A DNA stretch of 64,000 nt, taken from NCBI GenBank assembly GCA_030649135.1, contig JAUSGI010000005.1:5754-69753 (forward strand), written 5' to 3'. Both the position numbers and the translations under genes were made by a program. Each line of letters begins with the position of its first letter. Position 1 is the first letter of the stretch. Source of the stretch: a bacterium. GTDB lineage: Bacteria; Patescibacteriota; Minisyncoccia; Phycocordibacterales; Zambryskibacteraceae. Below are positions 37,511-47,508 of this stretch, piece after piece. Under the pieces are notes generated by a model. The model made no database searches. It was not told the origin of the DNA and was given only the letters and a program-made list of their open reading frames with translations.

Positions 37511-38551
37511 TTATAAAAGTTTCTTTTGAAAATGGGCTGGGGGAGTTTTGCCGAGATGGGCATAAGCATGAGCGGTGAGAGCGCGGCCGCGCGCGGTGCG
37601 CTCGATGAGCCCGAGTTGCAAGAGATATGGCTCGTTAAACTCTTCGATAGTCGCTTCTTCTTCCGAGAGCGCGGCCGCTAAGGTCGAAAGGCCGACGGGG
37701 CCACCGGCAAATTTTTCGGCAATAACTTCAAGCAGGCTTCGGTCGGAAGGGGAAAGTCCTTTTGCGTCTACTCCCAAGAGTTTCAATGAAAGCTCAACCG
37801 CCTCTTGGTCCAACGCTCTATTCTCCACTTGGGCAAAGTCGCGGGCGCGTTTGAGAAGATAATTCGCCGTACGCGGAGTAAAGCGTGAACGCTTGGCAAT
37901 TTCTTTCCGGGCCACATCGTCTATCTTGACGCCAATAATTTTCGCCGACCGGCGCAAGATTTCCGCGATTTCGCCCTCGCTATAGAATTCCAGACGAAAC
38001 ACTCCGCCCGAGAAGCGCGAGCGCAGAGGCGAGGAAATCATCGCCACGCGGGTGGTGGCCGCAAGCAAAGTAAAAGGAGGCAGTTCTAGTTGAATAGTGC
38101 GGGCCGATGGCCCCTTACCGATGATGATGTCGAGTACGCCGGACTCCATGGCCGGGTAGAGGACTTCCTCAATGGTTTTATTCAGACGATGAATCTCATC
38201 TATGAAGAGAATATCGCCGGAGGTGAGATTGGTGAGAATAGAAGCAAGGTCCCCGACTCTCTCTATCGCAGGCCCTGAAGTAATCTTAATTGCTCGGCCT
38301 GTTTCCTTAGCCACCAAGTGCGCAAGAGTGGTCTTGCCTAGTCCCGGGGGACCATAAAACAAAACGTGTTCTGGGGGAACGCCACGTTCGGTGGCGGCCT
38401 GAATGAGAATTTTGAGGTTATCTTTGACTGCTTTCTGTCCAATATAGTCCTGCCAGCTTGAAGGTCTGAGCTCATTATCCAGAAACGAGGCGTATCCGCT
38501 CTCTTCCTTATCAACTTTTTCTTTCGGTGCTTTATTCTTTTGGCTTGACAT
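37511..38551 (-). CDS. ruvB: Holliday junction branch-migration ATPase RuvB
   Basis: Walker [12 protein letters not shown], Walker [11 protein letters not shown], sensor and C-terminal winged helix. Confidence 0.95.
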   Translation of the reverse strand: MSSQKNKAPKEKVDKEESGYASFLDNELRPSSWQDYIGQKAVKDNLKILIQAATERGVPPEHVLFYGPPGLGKTTLAHLVAKETGRAIKITSGPAIERVGDLASILTNLTSGDILFIDEIHRLNKTIEEVLYPAMESGVLDIIIGKGPSARTIQLELPPFTLLAATTRVAMISSPLRSRFSGGVFRLEFYSEGEIAEILRRSAKIIGVKIDDVARKEIAKRSRFTPRTANYLLKRARDFAQVENRALDQEAVELSLKLLGVDAKGLSPSDRSLLEVIAEKFAGGPVGLSTLAAALSEEEATIEEFNEPYLLQLGLIERTARGRALTAHAYAHLGKTPPAHFQKKLL

Positions 38552-38807
38552 AAAAAATATTATGTGCTAGACTACAATCTGTTCTTACCCGCCTGCCGGC
38601 AGGCAGTTCCAGACCATAAATCTCTAAGCAACGTGCTCTTCGGGGTATTTGGACTTTTCTCTAAGGACGCTCTTGGTATCCTTGCCCCGCCTTGGCGGGG
38701 TGAAGGTTTCTGAGGCCATCCTTGAAAGATTCGTTTAGTCCCGCTTTGGCGGGATGTTGCTTGGAGATTTCTGTGCTGGATCTATGCCCTCTGTCTCTCT
38801 CTATTAT

Positions 38808-40490
38808 TCACGAAATAGACGAGAGGTCTACCACACGGTCGAGTTCTTCGAGCGTGGTGACACCCATGAGCGCTTTAATTATGCCGTCTTCAACAAGGGT
38901 CAGAAGTTTCTGATTTTTGGCTGCCTCGCGAATATCGCGTTCGGAAGGATTGGTAATCACTGCCTTTTCTATTTCAGAATCCACGAGTATCGCCTCATAG
39001 ACGCCGATTCTGCCCTTGTATCCCAGTCCACTGCACTCCGGACAGCCGACGGCAGTCCAGATGTGTTCTCTCTGAACACCGTCGAGATAAGTTAGGTCCG
39101 GAATATTCGCCAGCGCTTTATCGACAGTTTCCTTGTTTGCGTTTTCCAGCGGAATTTCTTTCTTGCATGCTTGGCAGAGTTTACGCACCAACCGCTGAGC
39201 TATCGAGACATTGATAGCAGAACTTATCACTTTGGAATTAACACCGAGGTCAAGTAGCCGCGGGAAAGCGCCGGCGGCGTTGTTGGTGTGGAGCGTGGAG
39301 AGCACTAGGTGGCCGGTTAGGGCGGCGTTAACGGCCACCGTGGCGGTCTCGTTGTCGCGGATTTCTCCCACCATAATTACGTCCGGGTCTTGGCGCAGGG
39401 CGCTTCTCAAACCTTCGGCAAAAGTATAACCCTTTTCCGCTTCAGCTTGTGTTTGTACGATGCCTTGAATGTGATATTCAATCGGATTTTCGATAGTCAC
39501 CACTTTAATATCAGGCGTGTAAATCTTTTTTAGGAACGCATAGAGCGTGGTGGTTTTACCCGAGCCAGTTGGTCCGGTAGTGAGAATCATGCCGTTCGGT
39601 TTCCTAATTTCTTTTTTCAAAATTTCCAGGAGACGCGGATGAATGCCAAGCGCTTCGAGCTCAACGGCGATAGCATTTGGGTTAAGCACGCGCAAGACTA
39701 CCGACTCGCCGTAAGGGCCGGGCAACAGTGAAGTGCGCACCTCAATCTCCGAGTCGGCCAGTTTAATGGAAAAGCGTCCGTCCTGCGCCTTCTCTTTGAC
39801 GTTGAGTCTAAGTTCGCTTATCAGTTTGATGCGGGATAATAAAAGTTCAAAAGTCTCGGAGTCAAAATGTAAAATATCGGTCAAAACGCCGTCAAGTCGG
39901 TAACGTAGACGCAGGTCCTTCTCTTCCGGTTCGAGATGAATGTCGGAAGCTTTTAAGCTAATGGCGCCGGCCAGAATGATTTCTAAAATTTTTGAGATAC
40001 GATAGGCCCGCTTCATCGAAATCACTCCTTCGATTAATTTCTTAACGTCAGCGAGCGAGGTAACCTTTCTGGTCATTTCAAGCAGTTCTTCATTCGAGAT
40101 GTCGAGAGCGCCTGATTTGGTTTCAAACGAGTATGAAAGGTCTTTGTATCTCTCCCACACTTTCTCAAGACTTTGGTGCGAGACCATAAAAATTTCCGGG
40201 ATGTAGCCACGGCGCTTCAAGTCCTCGACTGCTTCCGCAGTTTTTTCTTTGTCGGGCGAGAGCACTGCCACGTCAATTTTTTTGTCCGTGACATTGAAAA
40301 CCGCAATATCGGCGGCGCGAGCGTCCACTTCTTTGATAATACGCAGGGCGTCGATATTTATGGGATGCGTTGAAAGGTCGAGGTAGGGAACGCCGTGGCG
40401 GGCAGAGAGAGTAGAGGCAAGCTCCTCCTCCTCTTTCTTATGCAGAGTGCGTACGCGCTCCTCCTGTTTATCTTCATCAAACTTAACCAT
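38808..40490 (-). CDS. GspE/PilB-family type II secretion / type IV pilus assembly ATPase
   Basis: Walker A TGPTGSGKTTTL, Asp box, His box, tetracysteine CQACKKE...CPEC. Confidence 0.9.
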   Translation of the reverse strand: MVKFDEDKQEERVRTLHKKEEEELASTLSARHGVPYLDLSTHPINIDALRIIKEVDARAADIAVFNVTDKKIDVAVLSPDKEKTAEAVEDLKRRGYIPEIFMVSHQSLEKVWERYKDLSYSFETKSGALDISNEELLEMTRKVTSLADVKKLIEGVISMKRAYRISKILEIILAGAISLKASDIHLEPEEKDLRLRYRLDGVLTDILHFDSETFELLLSRIKLISELRLNVKEKAQDGRFSIKLADSEIEVRTSLLPGPYGESVVLRVLNPNAIAVELEALGIHPRLLEILKKEIRKPNGMILTTGPTGSGKTTTLYAFLKKIYTPDIKVVTIENPIEYHIQGIVQTQAEAEKGYTFAEGLRSALRQDPDVIMVGEIRDNETATVAVNAALTGHLVLSTLHTNNAAGAFPRLLDLGVNSKVISSAINVSIAQRLVRKLCQACKKEIPLENANKETVDKALANIPDLTYLDGVQREHIWTAVGCPECSGLGYKGRIGVYEAILVDSEIEKAVITNPSERDIREAAKNQKLLTLVEDGIIKALMGVTTLEELDRVVDLSSIS

Positions 40491-40531
40491 GGCTATATTG
40501 TATCAGTTTCTGGCTTCTAGGGACTAGCTAC

Positions 40532-40561
40532 TTGACTTTTTGATATTAAATATGGTATAAT
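40532..40561 (+). promoter_or_regulatory. sigma70-like promoter TTGACT-18-TATAAT
   Basis: Followed by the SD AAGAGGAGGA and the ATG at 40600. Confidence 0.5.
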
Positions 40562-40599
40562 TGCGGTAGGAAGATAGCGCACAAGAGGAGGACATCAAG

Positions 40600-41007
40600 A
40601 TGGCGAGAGTATTTTTACTGGCACTAGTTGTGGTGCTGATGGTTGGGTGTGTGGCCATACCCGTTGGTAGGTCTAACGGGGGAATGCAACTCTTCATCAT
40701 GTACCAAGTCGGGATGGTGGTGCGCGTGGTCAATAACTGCGCGCCCTTCCTGGATCTCGAGACCGTAAACGGGGTCTTGGTTCAAGGACTACCATACGGT
40801 AGCTCGGTCACCGTCCCCATGGTCTCGGAGCCATTTAGCGGTAGCTACCGCCAAATGTCTCTAACCGCCAAGGGCTACACGGCGAACCGAGAGTATCTCG
40901 GCTCGCTAACCGCCACGTTCCAGCTGAGCACATACGATGGATCGCGAAGCGCGGTCTGGGAGGTGGACCACCTTCGTCTCCCGAATGGTCGTGGCGGTTG
41001 CCGGTAG
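40600..41007 (+). CDS. small lipoprotein, GC-rich cassette gene
   Basis: MARVFLLALVVVLMVGC lipobox. Own promoter and terminator. Confidence 0.55.
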   Translation: MARVFLLALVVVLMVGCVAIPVGRSNGGMQLFIMYQVGMVVRVVNNCAPFLDLETVNGVLVQGLPYGSSVTVPMVSEPFSGSYRQMSLTAKGYTANREYLGSLTATFQLSTYDGSRSAVWEVDHLRLPNGRGGCR

Positions 41008-41014
41008 TTGTTGT

Positions 41015-41046
41015 GGGGCAGGACCCGAGTCCTGCCCCTTTTCGTT
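41015..41046 (+). terminator. rho-independent terminator
   Basis: GGGGCAGGACccgaGTCCTGCCCC followed by TTTTCGTT. Confidence 0.75.
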
Positions 41047-41068
41047 GCTAAAATGCTAAAATGCCAGC

Positions 41069-41500
41069 ATGAAATATCTATCCAGGAGCCCAGAAGAAAC
41101 GGGTAGAATAGCAAAAGATTTTCTGGAAACCCTCCAACCCAGAGGTTTAACCTCTGTGGTGGTGGCTTTGCAAGGGGATCTAGGGGCAGGTAAAACGGCT
41201 TTCGCCCAAGAGATTGGAAAAATTTTGGGTGTGGTGGACCAAATGCAGAGTCCCACTTTCGTAATAGAGAAAATTTACGCCATAAACTTTAAGGGTTTTA
41301 AAAGACTGATTCATATTGATGCCTACAGATTGGAAAAAGATTCCGAACTGCTTCATCTTGGTTGGGAAGAAATTACGAAAGAGCCGGAGAATCTGATTTT
41401 CTTGGAATGGCCGGAAAATGTTTCCGGCGTTATCCCTGCTGATGCCAAGAGAGTTTTGTTTAAATTTGTTGACGAGACGACTAGAGCAATCGAAATATGA
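41069..41500 (+). CDS. tsaE: tRNA threonylcarbamoyladenosine biosynthesis ATPase TsaE
   Basis: GDLGAGKTAFAQEIGK...SPTF pattern. Confidence 0.85.
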   Translation: MKYLSRSPEETGRIAKDFLETLQPRGLTSVVVALQGDLGAGKTAFAQEIGKILGVVDQMQSPTFVIEKIYAINFKGFKRLIHIDAYRLEKDSELLHLGWEEITKEPENLIFLEWPENVSGVIPADAKRVLFKFVDETTRAIEI

Positions 41501-43848
41501 AAAAAGAACAAAAACGCATTGTACTTTTTGATGCCCACGCCATTATTCATCGCGCTTATCATGCCTTGCCGGAGTTTGCGACATCAAAGGGTGAACCAAC
41601 CGGCGCTCTCTACGGTCTCTCCGCAATGCTTTTAAAAATTATCGGCGAACTCAAACCAAACTTTTTAGTGGCGTGTTTCGATTTGCCTGGGCCCACTTAC
41701 CGCCACGAGGCCTACGAAGCTTACAAATCCGGCCGCGCCAAGACAGACGACAACTTGGTATTACAGCTTGAGCGCGCCAAAGATGTTTTTACCGCTTTCG
41801 GTATTCCCATTTATTCTCAGCCCGGTTTCGAGGCAGACGATATCATCGGCACCATTGTCGGCAGTTTAAAAAAAGATAAAAATATCGAAATCATCATTGC
41901 CACCGGTGATATGGATGCGCTTCAGCTCGTAGATGATAAAAAAGTTCAGGTATATACCCTTAAAAAGGGCATTAACGACACTATTTTATACGACGAGAAA
42001 AAAGTGATGGCACGCTTCGGTTTTCCACCGAAACTTCTGGTGGATTACAAAGGTTTACGCGGAGACCCTTCGGATAATATCATCGGAGTCAAAGGTATTG
42101 GAGAAAAAACTGCGACCTCTCTCATCACCACATTTGGTACTGTAGAAGATATTTATAAAGTGCTCAAGCAGAAAGATGATACGTATAAAAAGGCCGGCAT
42201 CAGCGAGCGCGTTAGAGATTTACTTCTTCTAAATGAGGAAGAAGCGCTCTTTTCAAAAACATTGGCGACTATCCGCACCGATGCGCCCATTCATTTTATT
42301 TTACCCCCGGAGTGGAGACAAAATCTGGAACTCGATAAATTACTCGACCTCTTTGGCGTACTTGAATTCAGAACCATGGGGGAGAGGGCAAAAAAATTGG
42401 TGGGGGGAGCTTCCGTAACGGAGACTGGAGTTGCCCCCACTCTGTTTTCGCCCGAGACCAAAGAACTTTGTTTGGCGCTCTGGGTCATAGATTCCAATCT
42501 CGCCAATCCGACGCTCGAGGAAGTTTTCCGGTTCACTAAGACGGATAGCATTAAAGAAGCCAAAAAAGTGATCGAAGTCGAGCTCGATAAGCGAAAGGTT
42601 AGAAAGGTTTTTGAGGAGATTGAGAAACCCATCATGAGAGTGGTGGAAGAGATGAACGAGAGGGGCGTTAAGATTGATAAAAAAATTTTGAAAGACCTTT
42701 CCTCGAAATATCATCAAGAACTTTCGCGTCTCGAGAAAGTTATCTGGAAAGAAGCCGGAAAAGAATTTAATATCAACTCACCTAAAGTGCTCTCCGATAT
42801 TCTTTTTAATAAACTTCAGTTGGCTGATAAGCGCCAGAAGAAGACCCCGACGGGAGCTCTTTCAACCAAGGAGTCAGAATTGGAAAAACTGCGAGACAAA
42901 CATCCCATTATCGCTCTGATTCTGGAATACCGTGAACTTGCCAAACTGCTCTCGACTTACATCGACGCCATACCACCTCTTTTGGATAAAAACTCCCGTC
43001 TGCACTCCACTTTTCTCCAAGCCGGCACCACTACCGGTCGCATGGCATCCAACAACCCCAATCTGCAAAATATTCCCAACAAAACTCTTCTGGGCCGAGC
43101 TATCCGCCACGCCTTCGTGGCGGAAGGTGGGTTCAAACTGGTCTCCCTCGACTATTCGCAAATCGAATTGCGCATCGCCGCCATTCTTTCGGGGGACAAG
43201 AAACTAATTGAGATATTTAAAAATGGAGAGGATGCGCATGCCGGCGTGGCGATGCGTGTGTTTAAAGTGCCGAAAGAGGCGGTGGACAAAAGCATGCGCA
43301 CCAGAGCCAAGACCATTAACTTCGGCATCCTTTACGGCATGGGAGTCAATGCTCTTAAAGCCAACCTGGGTGTGGAACGTAAAGAGGCCGAAGAGTTTTA
43401 CAATAAATATTTTGAAACATTTTCCGGACTCGCCGCGTATTTGGATAAAATAAAAGCCGAAGCCAAGCGGAAGGGATACACGGAAACTCTTTTTGGCAGA
43501 AGGCGATATTTCGCGGGGCTAAGTTCGCCCTTGCCCTATGTGCGGGCGGGAGCCGAAAGGATGGCCATCAATGCGCCCATCCAAGGCACCCAGGCGGACC
43601 TGATTAAAATTGCCATGAAAAGAATTGATGAACATATCCGGTCCGAGGAGCATGAGGATGATATACGCTTAATTCTCCAAGTACACGACGAATTGGTTTA
43701 CGAGGTAAAAAGTTCTTTGGTCAACGAAGTTGTTAAACACTTTAAACAACTAATGGAGACAGTTTTACCTAAAGAGAAAACTTCCGGCGTTCCCATTACT
43801 GTCGAAGCCGAGATGGGTGAGAATTGGGGGGAAATGCAACGGATATGA
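41497..43848 (+). CDS. polA: DNA polymerase I (5'-3' exonuclease plus polymerase; 3'-5' exonuclease domain reduced)
   Basis: FEN domain, then the polymerase motifs A (LVSLDYSQIELR), B (RRRAKTINFGILYG) and C (QVHDEL). Confidence 0.95.
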   Translation: MKKEQKRIVLFDAHAIIHRAYHALPEFATSKGEPTGALYGLSAMLLKIIGELKPNFLVACFDLPGPTYRHEAYEAYKSGRAKTDDNLVLQLERAKDVFTAFGIPIYSQPGFEADDIIGTIVGSLKKDKNIEIIIATGDMDALQLVDDKKVQVYTLKKGINDTILYDEKKVMARFGFPPKLLVDYKGLRGDPSDNIIGVKGIGEKTATSLITTFGTVEDIYKVLKQKDDTYKKAGISERVRDLLLLNEEEALFSKTLATIRTDAPIHFILPPEWRQNLELDKLLDLFGVLEFRTMGERAKKLVGGASVTETGVAPTLFSPETKELCLALWVIDSNLANPTLEEVFRFTKTDSIKEAKKVIEVELDKRKVRKVFEEIEKPIMRVVEEMNERGVKIDKKILKDLSSKYHQELSRLEKVIWKEAGKEFNINSPKVLSDILFNKLQLADKRQKKTPTGALSTKESELEKLRDKHPIIALILEYRELAKLLSTYIDAIPPLLDKNSRLHSTFLQAGTTTGRMASNNPNLQNIPNKTLLGRAIRHAFVAEGGFKLVSLDYSQIELRIAAILSGDKKLIEIFKNGEDAHAGVAMRVFKVPKEAVDKSMRTRAKTINFGILYGMGVNALKANLGVERKEAEEFYNKYFETFSGLAAYLDKIKAEAKRKGYTETLFGRRRYFAGLSSPLPYVRAGAERMAINAPIQGTQADLIKIAMKRIDEHIRSEEHEDDIRLILQVHDELVYEVKSSLVNEVVKHFKQLMETVLPKEKTSGVPITVEAEMGENWGEMQRI

Positions 43849-44294
43849 CAGACGAGTTTTACCATAAAGATATCTTTGGTGCGGTAGTAGACATTAATCT
43901 TGGTGCGGTCGAGGAAACGGGCGACAAACAGCTTTTCGACAAGAAGGGTCGGGAGTTCAATATTTTCGCTCTAACTGATGCTTTGGGCGCGAGAAATAAA
44001 AAAGATGCTTGGATTCTGTATCAAAAGGCGTTGTCAGCCGGTTTGTCGGCCGAGGAGGTTTTCTTCAAAATAGTCTGGCAAGTGAAATCCCTGCTCATCG
44101 CATCAAAGACAAAAAATGTCGGAGAAACAGACATGAAAGTGTTTCCATATAATAAAGCCAAAAGTTTCCTCGAGAATTTTAAACCCGGCGAACTCGAAAA
44201 ACTCTCTGAAGATTTGGTTATTGGCTATACGCTTTCTCGTCGGGGCGAGGGGGAAGTGGAAACACTGGTCGAAAAGATACTTCTGAAACTTTAA
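43845..44294 (+). CDS. hypothetical protein, possibly a DNA polymerase III delta-subunit-like C-terminal domain
   Basis: ...FALTDALGARNKKDAWILYQKALSAGLSAEEVFFKIVWQVKSLL... resembles HolA domain III. Start overlaps the polA stop. Confidence 0.35.
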   Translation: MTDEFYHKDIFGAVVDINLGAVEETGDKQLFDKKGREFNIFALTDALGARNKKDAWILYQKALSAGLSAEEVFFKIVWQVKSLLIASKTKNVGETDMKVFPYNKAKSFLENFKPGELEKLSEDLVIGYTLSRRGEGEVETLVEKILLKL

Positions 44295-44376
44295 TTGCGT
44301 TGATACTGGACTGCATTAATTTTGTATGTAATATGGTACATGGAATTGTAGTCAACATCTTCCCAGGGGGTGTCTA

Positions 44377-44757
44377 GTGATTCGTGCGAAGAAGAAGTTT
44401 GTTGTCGGTGCAGGGGAGCTTGACCAGTATGGCCACCTCAACTGCGAGGCCTTGAAACGGGTATTGCGGCCATCTCAGGACGCGCTGCTTGCTTCTCGCG
44501 GCATGACATTTAGTGCCGCCTGTGGCCCCGGGAAGTTCATCAAGAGGCTCAGTATTATTTGGTTGGCCCAGCTCAAGAAAGGGGATAAGTGTCTTGTTGT
44601 GACTAGTCTCACGCTGGGCAAAACAGACATAGTGTTCGAACAGAGACTCACCAGGAAAGGTAGTCTCGCCGTTTCCTACATCACGGTGTTGACCATGGTA
44701 GGGAATGGCAGAAAAGTTCCCATTCCCATGGAAGTCAAGAGGCGGTTATCGACCTAG
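44377..44757 (+). CDS. hotdog-fold (4HBT-like) thioesterase, GC-rich cassette gene
   Basis: ...DQYGHLNCEALKRVLRPSQDALLASRGMTF... Strong SD, GTG start, own terminator. Confidence 0.55.
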   Translation: MIRAKKKFVVGAGELDQYGHLNCEALKRVLRPSQDALLASRGMTFSAACGPGKFIKRLSIIWLAQLKKGDKCLVVTSLTLGKTDIVFEQRLTRKGSLAVSYITVLTMVGNGRKVPIPMEVKRRLST

Positions 44758-44772
44758 AGAAGTGCCACCTCT

Positions 44773-44808
44773 CGTGACGTCACCGCCGCCCGCATGTTAC
44801 CGGGCGGC
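44773..44808. terminator. bidirectional terminator hairpin CCGCCGCCCG-catgttac-CGGGCGGCGG followed by CTTTAATT
   Basis: Sits between the convergent thioesterase (+) and folD (-) genes. Confidence 0.65.
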
Positions 44809-45627
44809 GGCTTTAATTAGGTTTTGAAAAAGGGAGGCGACGGTCATCGGGCCAACACCACCGGGTACCGGCGTAATGGCTTTCACTACCTTGCTGACTT
44901 TCTCATAATCCACGTCCCCCACAATTTTTTTGTTTTTTGTGATATTGATACCGATATCAACCACAATCTGATTTCGGGAAACGTGTTTCGTTGTAATTAA
45001 TTTGGGGTGACCGACGGCCGTTATCAAAATATCGGCACGCTTGGTTTCTTTTTCTAAGTTTCTCGTATTTTTATGGCACATGGTTACTGTAGCACCCTTA
45101 TTCAGCAAGGCGAGCATGGCCGGCCTGCCAACCAAAGATGATTGTCCCACGATTACTATCCTCTTACCGGCCAGTTTGATTTTATATTCCTCGAGCAGGT
45201 CCACGATGCCTTTGGCTGTAGCGGGGATGAATGCCTCGTTATTATCAAACAAATGCTTAGTATTAACTGCCGTTAGCCCGTCCACATCCTTTTGCGGGTC
45301 TATAGACTCAAGCACTTTTTCAATGAGAAAATTTTTAGGCGCGGGTAACTGTACCATGATGCCATGAACGGAAGAGTCCCGGTTACTTTTCAGAATATAA
45401 GAAATTATTTGTGACTCCTTGACGCTGTTCGGATACCTTTTGTGTATAGTCTCTACGCCAATTCTCTCGGCAAAATTTTTTTTGTTTCTGATATAGGTAT
45501 TCGACTCTTTCAAGTCGCCAATCTGAATAATTACCAGTTTTGGTTTGCGAGGCAACTTCTTGATTTTCTTTAGAAGTTTAAGGGCCAGTGACTGACTTAA
45601 TTTCTTGCCGTCCAGGATTTTTGTCAT
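44797..45627 (-). CDS. folD: bifunctional methylenetetrahydrofolate dehydrogenase / cyclohydrolase
   Basis: Characteristic FolD architecture (GxSxxxGxP, NAD(P)-binding fold). Confidence 0.9.
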   Translation of the reverse strand: MTKILDGKKLSQSLALKLLKKIKKLPRKPKLVIIQIGDLKESNTYIRNKKNFAERIGVETIHKRYPNSVKESQIISYILKSNRDSSVHGIMVQLPAPKNFLIEKVLESIDPQKDVDGLTAVNTKHLFDNNEAFIPATAKGIVDLLEEYKIKLAGKRIVIVGQSSLVGRPAMLALLNKGATVTMCHKNTRNLEKETKRADILITAVGHPKLITTKHVSRNQIVVDIGINITKNKKIVGDVDYEKVSKVVKAITPVPGGVGPMTVASLFQNLIKAAAR

Positions 45628-45637
45628 GATAATACGG

Positions 45638-45710
45638 TGCGCCCAGCAGGGATCGAACCTGCGACCTTGTCCTTAAAAGGGACCTGCTCTACCAACTGAG
45701 CTATGGGCGC
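45638..45710 (-). tRNA. tRNA-Lys (anticodon TTT)
   Basis: Cloverleaf folds: acceptor GCGCCCA/TGGGCGC, anticodon loop CTTTTAA, T-loop TTCGATC. Confidence 0.85.
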
Positions 45711-45755
45711 AATTTACCCCGCCATGGCGGGGCGTAGCCTAAAAACATATAACAA

Positions 45756-46160
45756 TTAGAGGGGGATGTCTATTGCGTAAGCGCCGGCGCCGGTCAACAG
45801 TAACGACAGAGAGATGGCGAAAATGAGAATATAGAAAACCATGTCGCGTTTGAGGATTTCGCGCGCCTGCCATTCCACATAGAGCTCAATGCCGGAGAAA
45901 ATCACAAAGGCTAGAGCCGCCACTTGCGTCCAAAGACCAGCCAAGAGCATCAACCCGCCGATAATCTGGAGCAGGGCGTAGAGAGGCACGAATAAGTCTG
46001 CCGGACGCAGACCGAGTGTTTCAAAGGAAGCAAGCCATCCCTCTTTTTCGCTTCGGAATTTTAAAAATCCAAGGTCGATAAAAATGAGAGCTAGGAGTAT
46101 CCGCAAGATAAAAGGGCCGAGCATTGAGTACGCCAAGAGTTCGGGAAAAGGGTTAAGCAT
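45756..46160 (-). CDS. DoxX-family membrane protein
   Basis: Four-TM small protein with the DoxX pattern. Confidence 0.65.
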   Translation of the reverse strand: MLNPFPELLAYSMLGPFILRILLALIFIDLGFLKFRSEKEGWLASFETLGLRPADLFVPLYALLQIIGGLMLLAGLWTQVAALAFVIFSGIELYVEWQAREILKRDMVFYILIFAISLSLLLTGAGAYAIDIPL

Positions 46161-46186
46161 GACTTTATGATAGCATAACTAGAACT

Positions 46187-46654
46187 GTGAAAAAATGCGT
46201 ACTTATTTTGGACAATATTCGTAGCGTGGCCAATGTGGGCTCCATTTTTCGCACTGCGGACTGTTTGGGTGTTGTCAAAATTATACTGGTAGGCACCACC
46301 CCCGCGCCAACCGACCGCTTTGGCCGTAAGAGGAAAGACTTTGCCAAGGTTTCTTTGGGGGCAGAAGATATTGTGAGATGGGAACATCAAAAAGAGATTG
46401 AACCGGTTCTCAGTAAACTACAAGAGCAAGGGTATGAGATTGTTGCTTTGGAACAAATAGTAAATGCAGAGAACATTATAAATTTCAAACCGAAAAACAA
46501 GTTCGCTCTTATTGTCGGCAACGAAGTCACCGGGGTTTCAAAAGGCGCACTCGACATGGCCGACCGAGTGGTGGAAATTCCCATGATAGGCACGAAAGAA
46601 TCTTTAAATGTATCCGTCGCAACGGGTGTAGCGTTGTTTAAATTATTTAAATAA
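46187..46654 (+). CDS. SpoU/TrmH-family RNA 2'-O-methyltransferase
   Basis: SPOUT motifs VANVGSIFRTAD, ALIVGNEVTGVS and ESLNVSVA. Confidence 0.8.
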   Translation: MKKCVLILDNIRSVANVGSIFRTADCLGVVKIILVGTTPAPTDRFGRKRKDFAKVSLGAEDIVRWEHQKEIEPVLSKLQEQGYEIVALEQIVNAENIINFKPKNKFALIVGNEVTGVSKGALDMADRVVEIPMIGTKESLNVSVATGVALFKLFK

Positions 46655-47500
46655 TTTTTGGTGAACGGGACAGAAATGCGCGCTGCGGGCGCCAACAATG
46701 ATGCGCTTAATAACACCTCGGCAACCTCTTTTCCCACAGGATAGCCCTGTGCGCCGGTAAGCATGGTGATGGTTTTGGAAATGACCTTTCTCGCCCTTAA
46801 TGTTTCGATAGTCGGACATAGAGTCTCCACCCAAATCAATGCCTTTTCTCAAAGTTTCTTTCGTTGCCCTAAACATGGCTCGAAGATTTTTCTCCGGAAT
46901 CTGGTTTGGATGCGAGAGGGGATGAACTCCGGCGTGCCAGAGAATTTCATCGGAGTAAATATTGCCAATACCGGATATCAAACTTTGGTCCATTAAAACT
47001 TGCTTAATCCTGCCCTTTGGCCTTTTCTGTATTTGTAAATTGAAAATTTTAAATTGAAAATTTTTATCAAGGGGTTCTGGTCCAAGATGTTCGAGATGTA
47101 GAGATTTCTCAAGTTCTGCCGTCCTCACCAGCGTTACTTTCGCAAACTTGCGCATATCGGAAAGGACCAAATGTTTGCCGTTATCGAGTTTGAAATCAAG
47201 TCGGATAAAAGTAGTGGCAGGGCGGTCATAGACAAAATGTCCCGTCATTTTCATATGGACAATGATAGTGTGTCCGCCGGATAGGTGAATAAGCACATTT
47301 TTTGCCCGTCTTTCTGCTCGTAGTATTTTCTTACCCCCGACCTTCTTTCTGAAAATTGCAAAAAACTTTGGATTCTTGATGTTATCTTTGCCTGCATGGT
47401 AGGAGCTGTTATAACTGGTTTCTACACCAATGATTTTCTTGTGTTTGACGGTTCTATTCAAACCATTGACCGTAGTTTGGACTTCTGGCAGTTCAGGCAT
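46643..47500 (-). CDS. formamidopyrimidine-DNA glycosylase / endonuclease VIII (Fpg/Nei family)
   Basis: N-terminal MPELPEV catalytic start, H2TH domain, C-terminal zinc finger. Confidence 0.9.
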   Translation of the reverse strand: MPELPEVQTTVNGLNRTVKHKKIIGVETSYNSSYHAGKDNIKNPKFFAIFRKKVGGKKILRAERRAKNVLIHLSGGHTIIVHMKMTGHFVYDRPATTFIRLDFKLDNGKHLVLSDMRKFAKVTLVRTAELEKSLHLEHLGPEPLDKNFQFKIFNLQIQKRPKGRIKQVLMDQSLISGIGNIYSDEILWHAGVHPLSHPNQIPEKNLRAMFRATKETLRKGIDLGGDSMSDYRNIKGEKGHFQNHHHAYRRTGLSCGKRGCRGVIKRIIVGARSAHFCPVHQKLFK

Positions 47501-47508
47501 ACAAAATT

